From Piromyces finnis finn (taxonomy: Eukaryota; Fungi; Neocallimastigomycota): DNA of 64,000 bases. Below the pieces are notes generated by a model, which was not told the DNA's origin, did no database searches, and worked only from the letters and a program-made list of their open reading frames with translations. The stretch covers positions 248,001 to 312,000 of the forward strand of contig MCFH01000031.1 in assembly GCA_002104945.1 (NCBI GenBank), given 5' to 3'. Positions within the stretch are counted from its first letter, which is position 1, and each line of letters opens with the position of its first letter. Shown here in pieces: positions 1 to 12,489 of the stretch. A program made the translations under genes and the position numbers.

Positions 1-3000
1 AAGAAAAAAAAAACTTACCATCCTCATATTTTTTATTTTTATTTGTTAATTCATTTAATAAGGATAAAACTCGAAGAGTGATAATTTTATATTTAAAATT
101 CCCAAAAATATCAAAATAATCGGCCAAGTAATCTAATTAATTTGCAATAATTATTATCAATAATAAAAAAAATAAATAAATTTATATAAGCAATCTAAAA
201 TTTCATTTATATATGTATAATATGTATATATATATATTATATACCAATATATAAATATGTCTGTTCTATATTATCAATATAGCAATCAATGATTTCTCTA
301 TCTATAATAATAATAAAAAAAATTAATTATATAATAGTAGGGTTATTTGTAAGATAAGATATTAAATAAATATAATAATACCTTGTTTATATTTTAAAAG
401 TGAAGAAAACAATTTATCCCAAGTTTTTAATGCTGTTTTAAAATACTTGATTTGTTTATCTTTTAACTTATTCATGATTATACCATAAATTGAATATGAA
501 ATAGATAAATAATTATTTCTTTGATTTATTTTATTACTATCGTTTTTATAGTCCTAGAAAAGAAAAGTAGATAATATATTATTAATTTATAAATAAATAT
601 AAATATAATTGAAAATATTATGTATTTATATTCAAAATATTCTGATAGTATTTATTATTTACATCTTTCTTTAATAGATTAATAATTGATTGGCATAAAT
701 TTAAATGATCATTAACATTTTGAGGTTTCAATACTTTATATAAATGTAATTTTTTTAATTGAAACTTCGAATAAGTAAATGGATATAAGTTTTCGTCATA
801 ATATTTTAGAATATAATCAATTGATTTAAATTGTTCATTTTCAGTATTATGTTTATTTTCTATAGCTTCTAAAGTTTGAAGTTCGTATTTCAAAATATTT
901 AAAATATAACTTTCGAATTCTTTCTTGTTATATAAATTATTGGATAGAATTTCATCTAAAAAAAGATATGGATGTGTATCTATCATTGAAATAGAAAATC
1001 GGACATAATGTTCAATGATTTTGATAATATCATTACTTGATTTAGAATCTGAATAGTTAAATTTTTTATATTCATCCAAAGGTATCCGTTTAAAAGATTC
1101 AATTAAAGTATTTCTTGCAGTCTATATAAACCAAAACAAATTAATAAATAGAAGATAGCAGTAATAAAATACACATATTTATATATTATATATATATACC
1201 TCTTTTTCATGTATGTAATAATAACAGATAGCAAGCATATCTAATATATTAGCTAATTCCAACGATTGATCCTTTACTTTTAATAAAGTTTTGTATGAAA
1301 AATCAAATAGTGATATGGATTCTTTATAATATTTATTTTTATAAAGTTTAATTGCAATATTTGAATATGCTTTTGATATTTCTTTAAATCCATTGATACA
1401 TGAATATTTCTCTGCTAATTCTTTTGCTGCTTCAAGATAGTTATCAATATAAAGCCATGTATTATAATCTTCAAATATGAAACATAAATTTGATAATAAA
1501 GTTTCACATTTAATAATTATTGAAACCAGCTCTTTCTTGTGCTAATATATTAAAATAATATTAATATTATTATAGATAAATGATATATTATTATAAAATA
1601 AAAAAAAAATAATTATAAATAAGAATGATTATAATAAATACACAAATTAAATTAATATTTTATAATATATTGATATTTTACCTGATATAACTTTTTCAAA
1701 AGAAGAAAATTAAGCAAAGAAATGATTTTTTCAAATAAATTAATTAATGATTTTCGTTGTTTGGTTAATAAGGTAGATGTTTTTTTGCTATTAAAAAGAT
1801 ATAAATTTTGATTGATAATTTTTATAAAAGTTTCAATCGAATTTATAATTTGTTGGGTATTATCGTTTTCAATAGCAGGTATATTTATTGATGATGAAAA
1901 GGCTTGTTTAGTTAATTCAATGAAATCTAGTTGTTTTTCAACATATTGATAGCTTTCATGATAAAATTTTGATTTATCTAATATATAATATAAATATATC
2001 AATTAAGTATTATTTATATCCTTTAAACTACCTAAAAAGAAAAAAAAAATGATGTAAAATACAAATTTATTAACAATTATTACTTACCAATATATATAAA
2101 AATATCATAAAATAAGAGATGATTGATGTCTAAGTCCGCCAAAAATTTTGTAGTATAAAAGGTATAATCCTGTATTTTATTATTTTTCTTTAACACTTTT
2201 AAAATTCTAAATAGAATTTCTCTTGAATTAATAACAATTGTTGGATTTTTTATCTTTATTATTTATTATATATTATATAAATTTTAAATTATAAAATATT
2301 TGTTAATTAATAAACATTAACTAACATTTATAATAATTATTAAGCAATATAATATTGCAGTAAAAAACATCAAAAATTATGTAATATTTAAGTACCTTTT
2401 TTCCTAAATATAGATAATGGTCCAACAATGTAATTAATTTTTTTGAAAGATTTAGTTGAATTATATCATTATCAGATATAAATGAAAATGCTTTTTCATA
2501 AAATTTTGAAATAGTATTAACTATAGGTATTAGATCTTTTTAAATATGAAAAATAGATAAACTTAATCGATTTTTCCTGTTATTAATTAAAAAATTGATT
2601 AATAAAATACAAAAAAAAAAAAAAAAAAAAAATGCTTACTTGATTCAGTTTTCATTTTTTGCTCAAAAGTATATGCATATTTTAAAATAGCATCAATATA
2701 CCAATTAATTGTTGATCCACCTGTTTTACGCATTGCTTCTAATGCCACAAATTGAATTTTGAATGAAATTTCTGGGTTTCGATCTTTTATTTATAAATTT
2801 TTATAAATAATAATAATTACAAATTTTATACAAAATTAAGAACTTATGAATAGTATATATTGAGAATTTTATTATCATTATTATTATAAATTACCTTTAT
2901 ATTTTTCAGATATCTCTTTTAGAAGAACTCTACAAATATTAGAATATAGCTTTTCTGATAGTAATTTATTTTTTTCCCTAACAAAATTACAATGTTTATA

Positions 3001-4017
3001 TAATGTAAAATTTCGTTCATTGAACATAAAATCTAAATTCTAATTATATCGAATTGTTGTTTTTGTTAAAATTTAATAAATGAAATTTAAATAAATGGAT
3101 TTTCATATTATTCAATAAATTTAATTAAGAAATTTTATAATTATTACATTTCTATAAGAAAGACATTTTATGCAATTTAATTGTGTCGTGATTATTAATT
3201 GTGAAAATTTGTTTAAATCCTCTTTGTTATTAATAATTGGGATGATTAATATCTTTTTATGCAATTGAATTATTTCATTGTATGAACATTTCATTTCATT
3301 TTCAAAATATCTGGATTGTATTCTTTCATATAAATGTTTTAATTGAATTTCGGCAGATTCAATCTTTTAATTATATTAAATTATTTAATATAAAATAATA
3401 ATAATAATAATAATAATAATAATTAAAAAAAAAAAAAAGTCAAAAATAAATAAAAATAATTGTCAACTATTATATTATTACTATACCATTTGAATTTCAA
3501 TTAGTTTTGTAATTAAGTTTGAATGAGCTAAATCAATATCAATAGGTTTTATATTTAAATAAATTTCCAAGCGTTCTAATACTTCTAAAGTAATTTTTGA
3601 GCTTTCAATTAAACTTAATTTTTCACTTGTGTAATCTTTATTATCATTTATAAGAACAGGCTCCTCATCAATAATAATTATTTCATCATTTTTATCCTTC
3701 ATTTGGTTAATATTACTTTTCTGTTTTTTGTTTAAATTTTCATAGGTATCATCACTTAGGTCAATGAAATTAAATTTTCGCTTTTTACTATTTGAAATTT
3801 CATTATTAATTTCAGATAATGTTTTTATAATCTGATTGAAAATTTTCATAGCAATGGGAGCATATTGAAAAGCCAATATTTTAAAATTTTCATTATTATC
3901 TTTTGAGGTTAAAACAGGTTTAAAAATTTTATTTAAGGACACTACTAATTTTGGATTACATTTTGAAATGGTAGAATAAGATATTAATATTGAATTAATA
4001 TTCTCAACTTTCAACAT
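1..4017 (-). CDS. Large multi-exon helical/TPR-like protein, runs off the left edge; possibly the N-terminal half of separase (tentative)
   Basis: ATG at 4017. I translated open exons bounded by GT/AG at about 4017-3487, 3362-3145, 2785-2640, 1550-1200 and 132-18; ORF-track hits at 618-1079 and 1652-2002 fall in the same gene. The 1550-1200 exon encodes a TPR-like stretch (ISKAYSNIAIKLYKNKYYKESISLFDFSYKTL). The last visible exon (YLADYFDIFGNFKYKIITLRVL) ends in a GTAAG donor, so the gene continues outside the window. Confidence 0.6.
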
Positions 4018-4619
4018 TATAATTTTTTATTTAATTTAAAGGAAATTTTATATATAAAAATTCTTTAATTTTCAAAATGTTAATTGAAATTTGTAATTTT
4101 TAACATGTTTTATTTATTATTAATGATTTTAAGAATTTCAAATGAAATTTAATTCCTTTTTTTTTAAAAAAAAAAATAAGAATAATAAAAAAAAATATTC
4201 AAAAATTATATTAAATCAAAATAAGATAATTGTACCACCTAATTCTGTTGGTTATAAAAAAAATGAAAGAATCTATTGTATCACATGATACTTTTATAAT
4301 TTTTGATTTTATTAATTTTATTAATGAATAAGTTTAATTTTTAAAGGCTTTTTTTTTTTGTTTTTGTTTTCGTTTTTGTTTTTTAGCCTTCCATATATTT
4401 TATAAATAGAATATTTAATTTACAATTTATAATAAGAGTAACAATAATACAATTTATATTATTATTAACTCTTTTTTTTTTTTTTTTGGAATTATTCTTT
4501 TAAAAAACAATTTATAATTTATATGATATGAGTATTAAAATGATTATGATAATTAAAAATTTATTATTGTTAATTTTAGTAATATAACTTTTAAAATCTA
4601 TAGGATTAAAAAAGTAAAT

Positions 4620-6433
4620 CTAATTAGTGGTTTGAGTAATTTCCTTTTCGACTGGTCTAACTGGAACATTAGTATCAAATAAATGTTCCTTAACACTAAC
4701 AATTGGAACTTCACGACGGTGGAAAATACCAGCAGCTAAAGCAGCTTCAACATTTGTAGCTTCAAAAACTTCAGTAAAGTGTTCTGGTTTACCAGCACCA
4801 CTAGAAGCAATAACTGGAATAGTAACTGCCTTTTTAACATCTTCAATTAATTCTAAATCGAAACCAGAGTTGGTACCATCCTTATCCATACAGTTACAAA
4901 GAATTTCACCAGCACCCATAGCTTCACAGGAAGTAACTAATTGATAAACATCGACATCTCTTCCTTCACGACCACCTTTAACAGTACATTGATACCAGCA
5001 GTAGTTTTCACCATTTGGACCTGGGTATTTAGTTGGAAGAACATGGTGGTTTGGTGCATCTTCTGGTGAATTAACATAAACTCTGCGTGGATCAACAGAA
5101 ATAACTACAGCTTGAGCACCGTAAACTTTAGAGATTTGTTCAATAGCAGTTTCACCACTTGGCTTATTACCACGAGCTATAAATTGTTCGGTAGCATAAA
5201 CAGCATCACTACCAATAGAAACCTTATCAGCACCGGATCTGAAATATTCTCCAGCAACTTCTAAAGCTGGGTGGAAGACACCATCTGGATCAGTTAAATC
5301 ACGAATACCACCACCAATAGTTAATGGAACAAAAATAGATTCAGAAGCTCTCTTTAAAACTTCAATCATTGGTAAATCTCTTAATGGGCAATCACGGAAA
5401 CTAGTAATATTTAAAAATGTGATTTCATCAGCACCTTCTTCGTAGTATCTCTTAGCAAGATCAACTGGCTTACCAAGATTACGAACATTATTACCATCCT
5501 TCTTTTCTCTAACATCATATTGATCACCCTTAGTAACAACTAAATCACCTTGATCATTAGTTCTAACATCTAAACAAGCAATAATACGACGAGTTAAACG
5601 ATCTCTACATGGAGTTGAAAGTGGAGCAACTACATTTGAAGAGACTTCCTTATTTTCTTCACCGAAATCGAGGAAGGCCTTTAAGATCATTAAACCAGCA
5701 TAACCACTCTTTTCTGGGTGGAATTGGGTAGCAAAAATGTTACCCTTTTGAATAGAACTGACATATTTTTCATCTTTATAAGTAGTAGTAGAAAGAACCC
5801 AATCCTTAATATCTTCAGAGTATGGGATAGCATAAGAGTGAACAAAATAATAGAAAGTACTTTCTTCACCACGATGATTAATTAATTGAATGCTACTTAA
5901 GGAGCTCTTATCTTGACTTTGTTCCTTTTCTAAATGAGCACCATTCCAACCCATATGTGGAACAGTCTTAGTTTTGTCATTGAAACGTTTAACAGTAGCT
6001 GGAATAATAGAAAGACCTTCTACACCTGGATTTTCTTCAGAACCTAAACATAAAGATTGCATACCAACACAAATACCCATGAATGGTTTACCAGAAGCTA
6101 TGTATTTCTTTAATGGTTCGACAAAACCTTTCTTACGAAGACTTTCCATGGCTGGTCCGAAAGCACCAACACCTGGGAAAATAATTTTCTATTAATGTTT
6201 AATATATATAATTATATATTATAATATTAATGAAAGTGAATATTGCTAAACTTTGAAAATAATTATTCATTTTTATAATTATAGCTATTTTTAATTTATT
6301 TTATAATTTTGAAATGTTGATTTCATATTATAAATTATATTAAAATATAATTAAAATTTTTAAATTTTTATTTTAATTTTTATCCTGATTTTATATAATA
6401 ATTATAAATTTTGATAAAATAAATTTTAAGCCT

Positions 6434-6468
<35 letters not shown>

Positions 6469-6867
6469 GAAAATAAAATTAGCATTAGCATTAAAAAATA
6501 TAGAAAATAAAATTTTTAAATTTTAAATTTCATTAAATTATTTAATAGATTATTCATAAATTATTGCTAAATTATACATTAAATATTATTGTTTTTTTTT
6601 TTTTTTTTACTGAGTATTTCTTCTAATTTGAAAAATTACTATTTTTCTTTCCTTTAAACCAGTTATTATTATTGAATTTTAATTAATTTTTCAAATATCA
6701 CATTTATTTTACTTGTCATTTTTATTCCTTAAAATAAAAACACATACACTAGCTTTGTCGAAATCTTCAACACAAGTAATTGGCTTGATATCATGACCAA
6801 TTTTTTTAACAGCGTTAACTAAACTTCTGACGTTTCCTGCTCCGTAATCTAATAAATATACAACCAT
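4620..6867 (-). CDS. HIS7: Bifunctional imidazole glycerol phosphate synthase (HisH glutaminase + HisF cyclase), 2 exons
   Basis: Exon 1 6867-6748 ([20 protein letters not shown], 40 codons, GTATGT donor). Intron 6747-6189. Exon 2 6188-4620 ([18 protein letters not shown] nucleophile elbow, FHPE triad, [23 protein letters not shown]). Confidence 0.97.
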
Positions 6868-6969
6868 TTTTAATTTCAATATATAATTAAATTTATAAAA
6901 ATTATAAATAAATTTTTTTGTTTTTTTAATAATAAAATTTTAACATATTTCTTATGTAAAATCTTTACT

Positions 6970-6977
6970 ATGATTGG
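6970..6977 (-). promoter_or_regulatory. CCAAT box (CCAATCAT) upstream of HIS7
   Basis: ATGATTGG on the + strand about 103 bp upstream of the HIS7 ATG; the same octamer lies upstream of HAS1 and MTAP. Confidence 0.45.
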
Positions 6978-7787
6978 ATTTTTTTTTTTCTAACTATATT
7001 ATAAAATAAATATAATACATACAATTAATATAAATTGAAATAAGTATTTTGAAAATTAGGATATTTGATTGAGGGTTAGTTTATTGTAAAAATATATATA
7101 TATAAAACAGAACATTGATAACGTATTAATACTATTAAATAGAATTTGTTAAATATTCAGTATATTAGTATTTATAAAATAGTATTTTTGATTTAAATAA
7201 TAAGCTAAAAACTTTTTTTTTATTTATTACACATTAATAAAAACAAAGACATAAAAGCTAATATTAATAATTATAAAAATATAAAATATTTGTTAGATAA
7301 TTTTTTTTTGTTTTGTTTAAATTAATATTAAAAATAATATAAATATAATTAAGTAACATGGATTGAAGTTAATACAAAGGAGCTATTAATAATTATTTTA
7401 AACAACTAAGTGTACTTTTTATTATATAAAAAAATACTAGAGGATGAATATTAAATATTATTTTTATTATAAACCTAGAAAAAAAAATGTTTTCATAAAT
7501 AATAATAAATATATATGAAAAGCTAACCTTTAACATAATTCTATAAAAATTCAATATTTAAATTACTTTAAATAATTCAATACATTAATTGCATATTAAA
7601 ATTAAATACGTATACATATTTTTAAATAGCAAATATAAGAAGTAATATGATTGGATAAAAAACATTCATTAAATTTTAGTTAGCAACAAAAAATTAATTA
7701 ACTATAAATAATGAAAAATTTCCTGAACTTTTTAAAACTCCATTGTCTTAGTATCAACCTAAGATTGCAATTACGTTAATAAAAACT

Positions 7788-7858
7788 ACAGTCGATGATG
7801 ATACTACACGCACCCGGACGAAAAATTATTTTCGATTGCGTAAGATAGTTGAGGCTGT
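7788..7858 (+). ncRNA. Candidate box C/D snoRNA (or scaRNA)
   Basis: GC-richer island. Terminal stem ACAGTC/GGCTGT (6 bp, one G-U), 3-nt bulge, C box ATGATGA (7795-7801), variant D box TTGA (7849-7852) directly abutting the 3' stem. Length 71 nt. Confidence 0.45.
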
Positions 7859-8509
7859 TCAAAGTTTTTATAATAAATATATGAATTTAAAAATTAAAAT
7901 ATGGATATTATTAAATATTAGTTGATGATTATAATCGTATTTAATTAGTATAATATTAAAATATTATTTAAAATTGTTTATTTGTTTTTTTGAATTTTTA
8001 TAGTTTTTGCTAATTAATTAAACACATGTGGATTTAGATTAATTATTTAATACGTACATAGGATTAAACATTTATTAAATACTTTAAGGATGAAATATTT
8101 TTTAAAAGAGGAAATAAATTATTGACCAGTTTTATATCGGTCATTTTACTTTTATTATTATTGCTATCATTATTTTTATTTTATAGATGTTTTAAATTTT
8201 TTTTATTTACGGTCGGTCAATTCATTTATTTTGTTTATAGATTGTTGCCAAATTTCTTATTTATGATATCACATGATCATATTAAATAAATAAAAAACCC
8301 AAAATAATAAATTTTCATTTAAAATAACATATATTTTAAATGAAATATCAAATCATTACATTATTTATTATAAATTATTTTAACCTCTAAATTTTTTTTT
8401 ATCTCATTTTAATTAAATATATTGGTGTTTCATGTTTTATATTAAAACAATTTTAATATAATAAAATAATTAAAAAAAAAGAAATAATAACAAGAGAAAA
8501 TAAATAAAC

Positions 8510-8637
<128 letters not shown>

Positions 8638-8924
8638 GAAAAAAAGGACTAATATTTTTATTAAGAAATAAACTTTTATTAAGTATTACCCTAAATATAT
8701 ATATATAAGGTTTACTGTTTCTTTTTTTTTTTTTTTTTGTTTTTTGTTTTTACTTATATATTTTTTAAAAATAAAAGATAATAAAATCCAATTTAAAGGA
8801 AAAAACAATAAATTATATATATTCACTGTCTTTTTTTTTTTTTTTTTTTTTTTTTTCCTTTTTTTAATTTAAATTTGTAATATTTTTCAATTTAATATAT
8901 AACACATAACAGTAATAATAAAAA

Positions 8925-9773
8925 ATGTCGGTTCAATTTACAGAAAATAATGGAAAACAATGGATTTTCTTTAAAGGAAAATATTTAAATTCAGATGAAA
9001 ATTCCAAAATGTTACTTTCAAATGATACCGAAAAAGTTTTAGAAGATTGTATTAATTCCTGTTCAAAGAATAATGATTGTCAATGGTTTGTATGGAGTAC
9101 TGATAATGGTAAATGTCTTCAATTTAAATTCCTTGAAAATAATGATTCAACTTTCCAATGGAGATATGATTATTATAAGTATAATGGAATGGAATTACTC
9201 GGAGAAGTTTTTAATTTAGAACATGATACTGAAACTCAAGAACAATGTATAAATGATTGTTATAATGACACTAATTGTGTAGGGGTAAATTATATAAATA
9301 ATTCAAAGCATTGTAGAATCTTTTATAACTATTCCAATGAAAATACTTATTTTGGATATTATGCAGTAAATCAAAATGAAAATCCAGTAGTAAGTATTTA
9401 AAATATTCTTTTACATTTTTTTTCTTTTTTTTTTTTCTTTATATGTTAAATAGCAATTTCAATAATTTTTTTAATAGAATTCAAAAACTATATATATTAT
9501 TATGAATTATAATTAATAATTTTTTTTTTCTTTTATTTTAATATAATTTTTGATATGAAAATATAGGGTGGTGAACTTACTTCAATTGGTGATGATATTT
9601 ACAATACAGAAGCTAATATTAAAAACAATTCATTTTTTTCATTAGAAAAGGTTGCTGCCTTTATTTTAGCAATGGTTTTAATAATTTTAAGTGTCGTATT
9701 ATTTATGAAATATAAAAAGAATAATAATAAAGGTGAAAAATTACCACCATTACCACCAAGAGATGAAGTTTAG
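8925..9773 (+). CDS. Single-pass membrane protein with two PAN/Apple-like Cys modules and a PPLPPR cytoplasmic tail, 2 exons
   Basis: Exon 1 8925-9389 (GTAAGT donor) has two C-x3-C-x5-C...C modules. Exon 2 9567-9773 is in frame and encodes a TM helix (VAAFILAMVLIILSVVLFM) followed by KYKK...EKLPPLPPRDEV*. Confidence 0.75.
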
Positions 9774-10050
9774 ATATAAAAAAAAATAGTATTAGAATTA
9801 AGAATAAAAAATAAAATAGAGAATAATCATTATTTAAATGTATTAAAAGAAAGGTAATATAATATATAGAATTGTAAAGTTTAAAATAATTAAATAAATA
9901 ATAATATATAATTATAATGAAAAATACATAATAATAAAAAGAAATTATTTATTTTTTACGAATTTATTTTATGAAACCAATTTTTATTTTATTTTATTTA
10001 TGTACTCTTTATCCACATAATTATTTTATTATTTTTATTATTTTAATGAA

Positions 10051-10672
10051 TTTTTTTTTTTTTTTTTTTTTAACGGCATCAAATATTTTAAACTTTATTA
10101 TTAATTTAATTAAAATTATAATACATGTTATATAAAAAAAATTAAAAATAAAAATAAAAAAATATGTTTAAATAAATACAAATGAATAAAAATTGGGTAT
10201 AATGGATTCTAATAATTTTAATTAAAGTAAGAAAGCCACTATTATACTAAAGTACAATAATTGTATTTGACCAAAATTATGATCTCCATCGGTTGTGCTG
10301 GCCTTCCTGGCCTGTCTTACTGTTTCTTCAGTATTGACGCTCTTGGCTGTTTCTTCAAACCTTTTGAACATTGACCATTTCTGGCCAATAGCAAAAGGCA
10401 TAATTTTGGTTAGAAGTTCCTCTATTACCGATTAATAGAACTATTACTATTGTTAACTAAATTACTATCTAAATTTGAATTATTATCTTCACTATTGCTA
10501 TCATTACAAATATTATTATTTCTACTACTATTATTGTTATTATTACTATTGTTACTATTACTGTTGTTACTATTGTTACTACTACTACTACTACTATTAT
10601 TATTATTATTATTATTATTGCTATTAATATTATTGCTATCTCTACTGATATTAACAATTTCATTATTATTGA
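10051..10672 (-). mobile_element. Non-LTR retrotransposon copy C: short, diverged 3' fragment with poly(A) tail
   Basis: Same 3' end (GATGCCGTT + A21) as copies A and B. Many substitutions, a ~166-bp deletion in the ORF tail and a ~44-bp deletion at the stop/3'UTR relative to copy B. Confidence 0.92.
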
Positions 10673-12451
10673 TTTTTTTTTTTTTTTAACGGCATCAAAT
10701 ATTTTTAAACTTTATTATTAATTTAATTAAAATTATAATACATGTAATAAAAAATTAAAAAATAAAAATAAAAATAAAAAAAATATGTTTAAATAAACAC
10801 AAATGAATAAAATTTGGGTATAATGTATTCTAGTAATTTTAATTAAAGTAAGAAAGCCACTATCATACTAAAGTATAATAATTGTATTTGACTTCCAATG
10901 GGACACCGAGCCAAAGATCAAAATTTTGTCATGGAACAAAATTATGATCTCCATTGGTTGCGCTGGCCCTCCTGGCCTGTCTTACTGTTTCTTCAGCATT
11001 GACGTTCTTGGATGTTGCTTCAAACCTTTTGAACATTGACCATTGCTGGCCAATAGCAAAAGGCATGATTTTGGTTAGAAGTTCCGCGGTTACCGTCAAG
11101 AATGGTGTTCCTTCGTTAGTATCAGATTGAATCTGACGCTTACAAAGTTCTTTCCATTCCCTTGAATTGTAATTAATATTGTTAAAACTTCTTCCCCCAA
11201 GAAGGAATTTAAATATTTTACTGCACACACTAGAATAATCATACACATTAATATTCACCGGATTATTAGAACTATTACTATCATTAACTAAATTACTATC
11301 TAAATTAGAATTATTATCTTCACTATTGCTATCATTACTAATATTATTATTTCTATTACTACTATTGTTATTATTACTACTGTTATTATTATTATTGTTA
11401 TTATTACTATTGTTATTATTACTATTGTTAATATTATTAGTACTATTGTTACTATTACTATTACTGTTATTGCTATCTCTACTGATATTAACATTTTCAT
11501 TATTATTGATGGGACTGTTGGAATTACGTTGACTGAAAAAATTAAATAGCTGGACTATGGAATCATAATGTTTAATACGGATATCTCTAAATGTTGGACA
11601 ATCTAATAACCAATGTTTAATACTTTGAACACCACACTTGCAACATGGACAGTAGTTAGGACAAACTGGATCAACAAATTTAGCAGCTTTGGCAACTCTA
11701 GCATCCAACTTGTATCCGTTTCTTGCTTTCAATAGCCAGTAGAAGCCATAGGCAAACTCTGGGTACTCATAACATAATTTGATAAAATCTTTAGTTTCAA
11801 TAAATTTATTATCGTCATAATATTGCGCTTTGATTGAATTCCCTTTGAGATCTTTCCAATAAAAGTTTTTAACTGCTTTAACATCTCCATGCTTCTTTAG
11901 TTTTTTATCAAGTGTCCTACTTGATTTGCACCACGTGTATTTTCTAAATTTAGGAATGTAATTGACAAGGTGTGAGATAATACAATTTGAGTTTTTCCAT
12001 TTGTTAAAACATCTAACCTGAGCTAAAGCACATTTGGCTGACAATGGAGGAATATTCAAATCTTTTGAGATAGAGTATAAAGATATAAACGATACAGCTT
12101 TATGAACTCCGGCAACCCATCGTATTCCTTTGTTAACATGCTTCTGAGCAATCCTAGACCTAGCTTTGTTGGATCCAAGTAATGGTGCAAAGTATGAAAC
12201 TCTGCTAATCACTTGAGAGTTAAGTACTAGTTTTTTGAAAGGAATAGGAATATTAGGATTTCTTAAGAATTTACTGACTGAGAAAAGTCCTTTCAAAACC
12301 TTGTTATTAAGAGCTTTAATTACTGGTTTAAGGGACAGATTCTTATCAAATGGAACACCAAGATAAGTGTAGCAGTCAGTAGTTGGAATGGGTTGTCCTG
12401 CTAGGTAAAATGTTGGATCTCTCTTGTTCTGATTTTCTATTGATTCAGGAC

Positions 12452-12453
<2 letters not shown>
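10673..12453 (-). mobile_element. Non-LTR retrotransposon copy B, 3' part (5'-truncated, interrupted by copy A)
   Basis: Near-identical to copy A 12488-14222; ends in GATGCCGTT + A15. Its continuation lies at 18085-18189. Confidence 0.95.
12426..12453. repeat. Left 28-bp target-site duplication of copy A
   Basis: GTTCTGATTTTCTATTGATTCAGGACGA, immediately followed by T33; identical to 18085-18112. Confidence 0.9.

Positions 12454-12489
<36 letters not shown>

Noticed and set aside
5690-6195. Short overlapping ORFs within HIS7 (and likewise within CPA1, the 26-kb gene, the kinase gene and the 61-kb gene)
   Set aside because: Shadow frames of well-supported genes.
10450-11532. Poly-Leu and poly-Ile/Val ORFs (10450, 10469, 11300, 11326)
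   Set aside because: Alternative-frame or antisense readings of the Asn/Ser microsatellite in the LINE copies.
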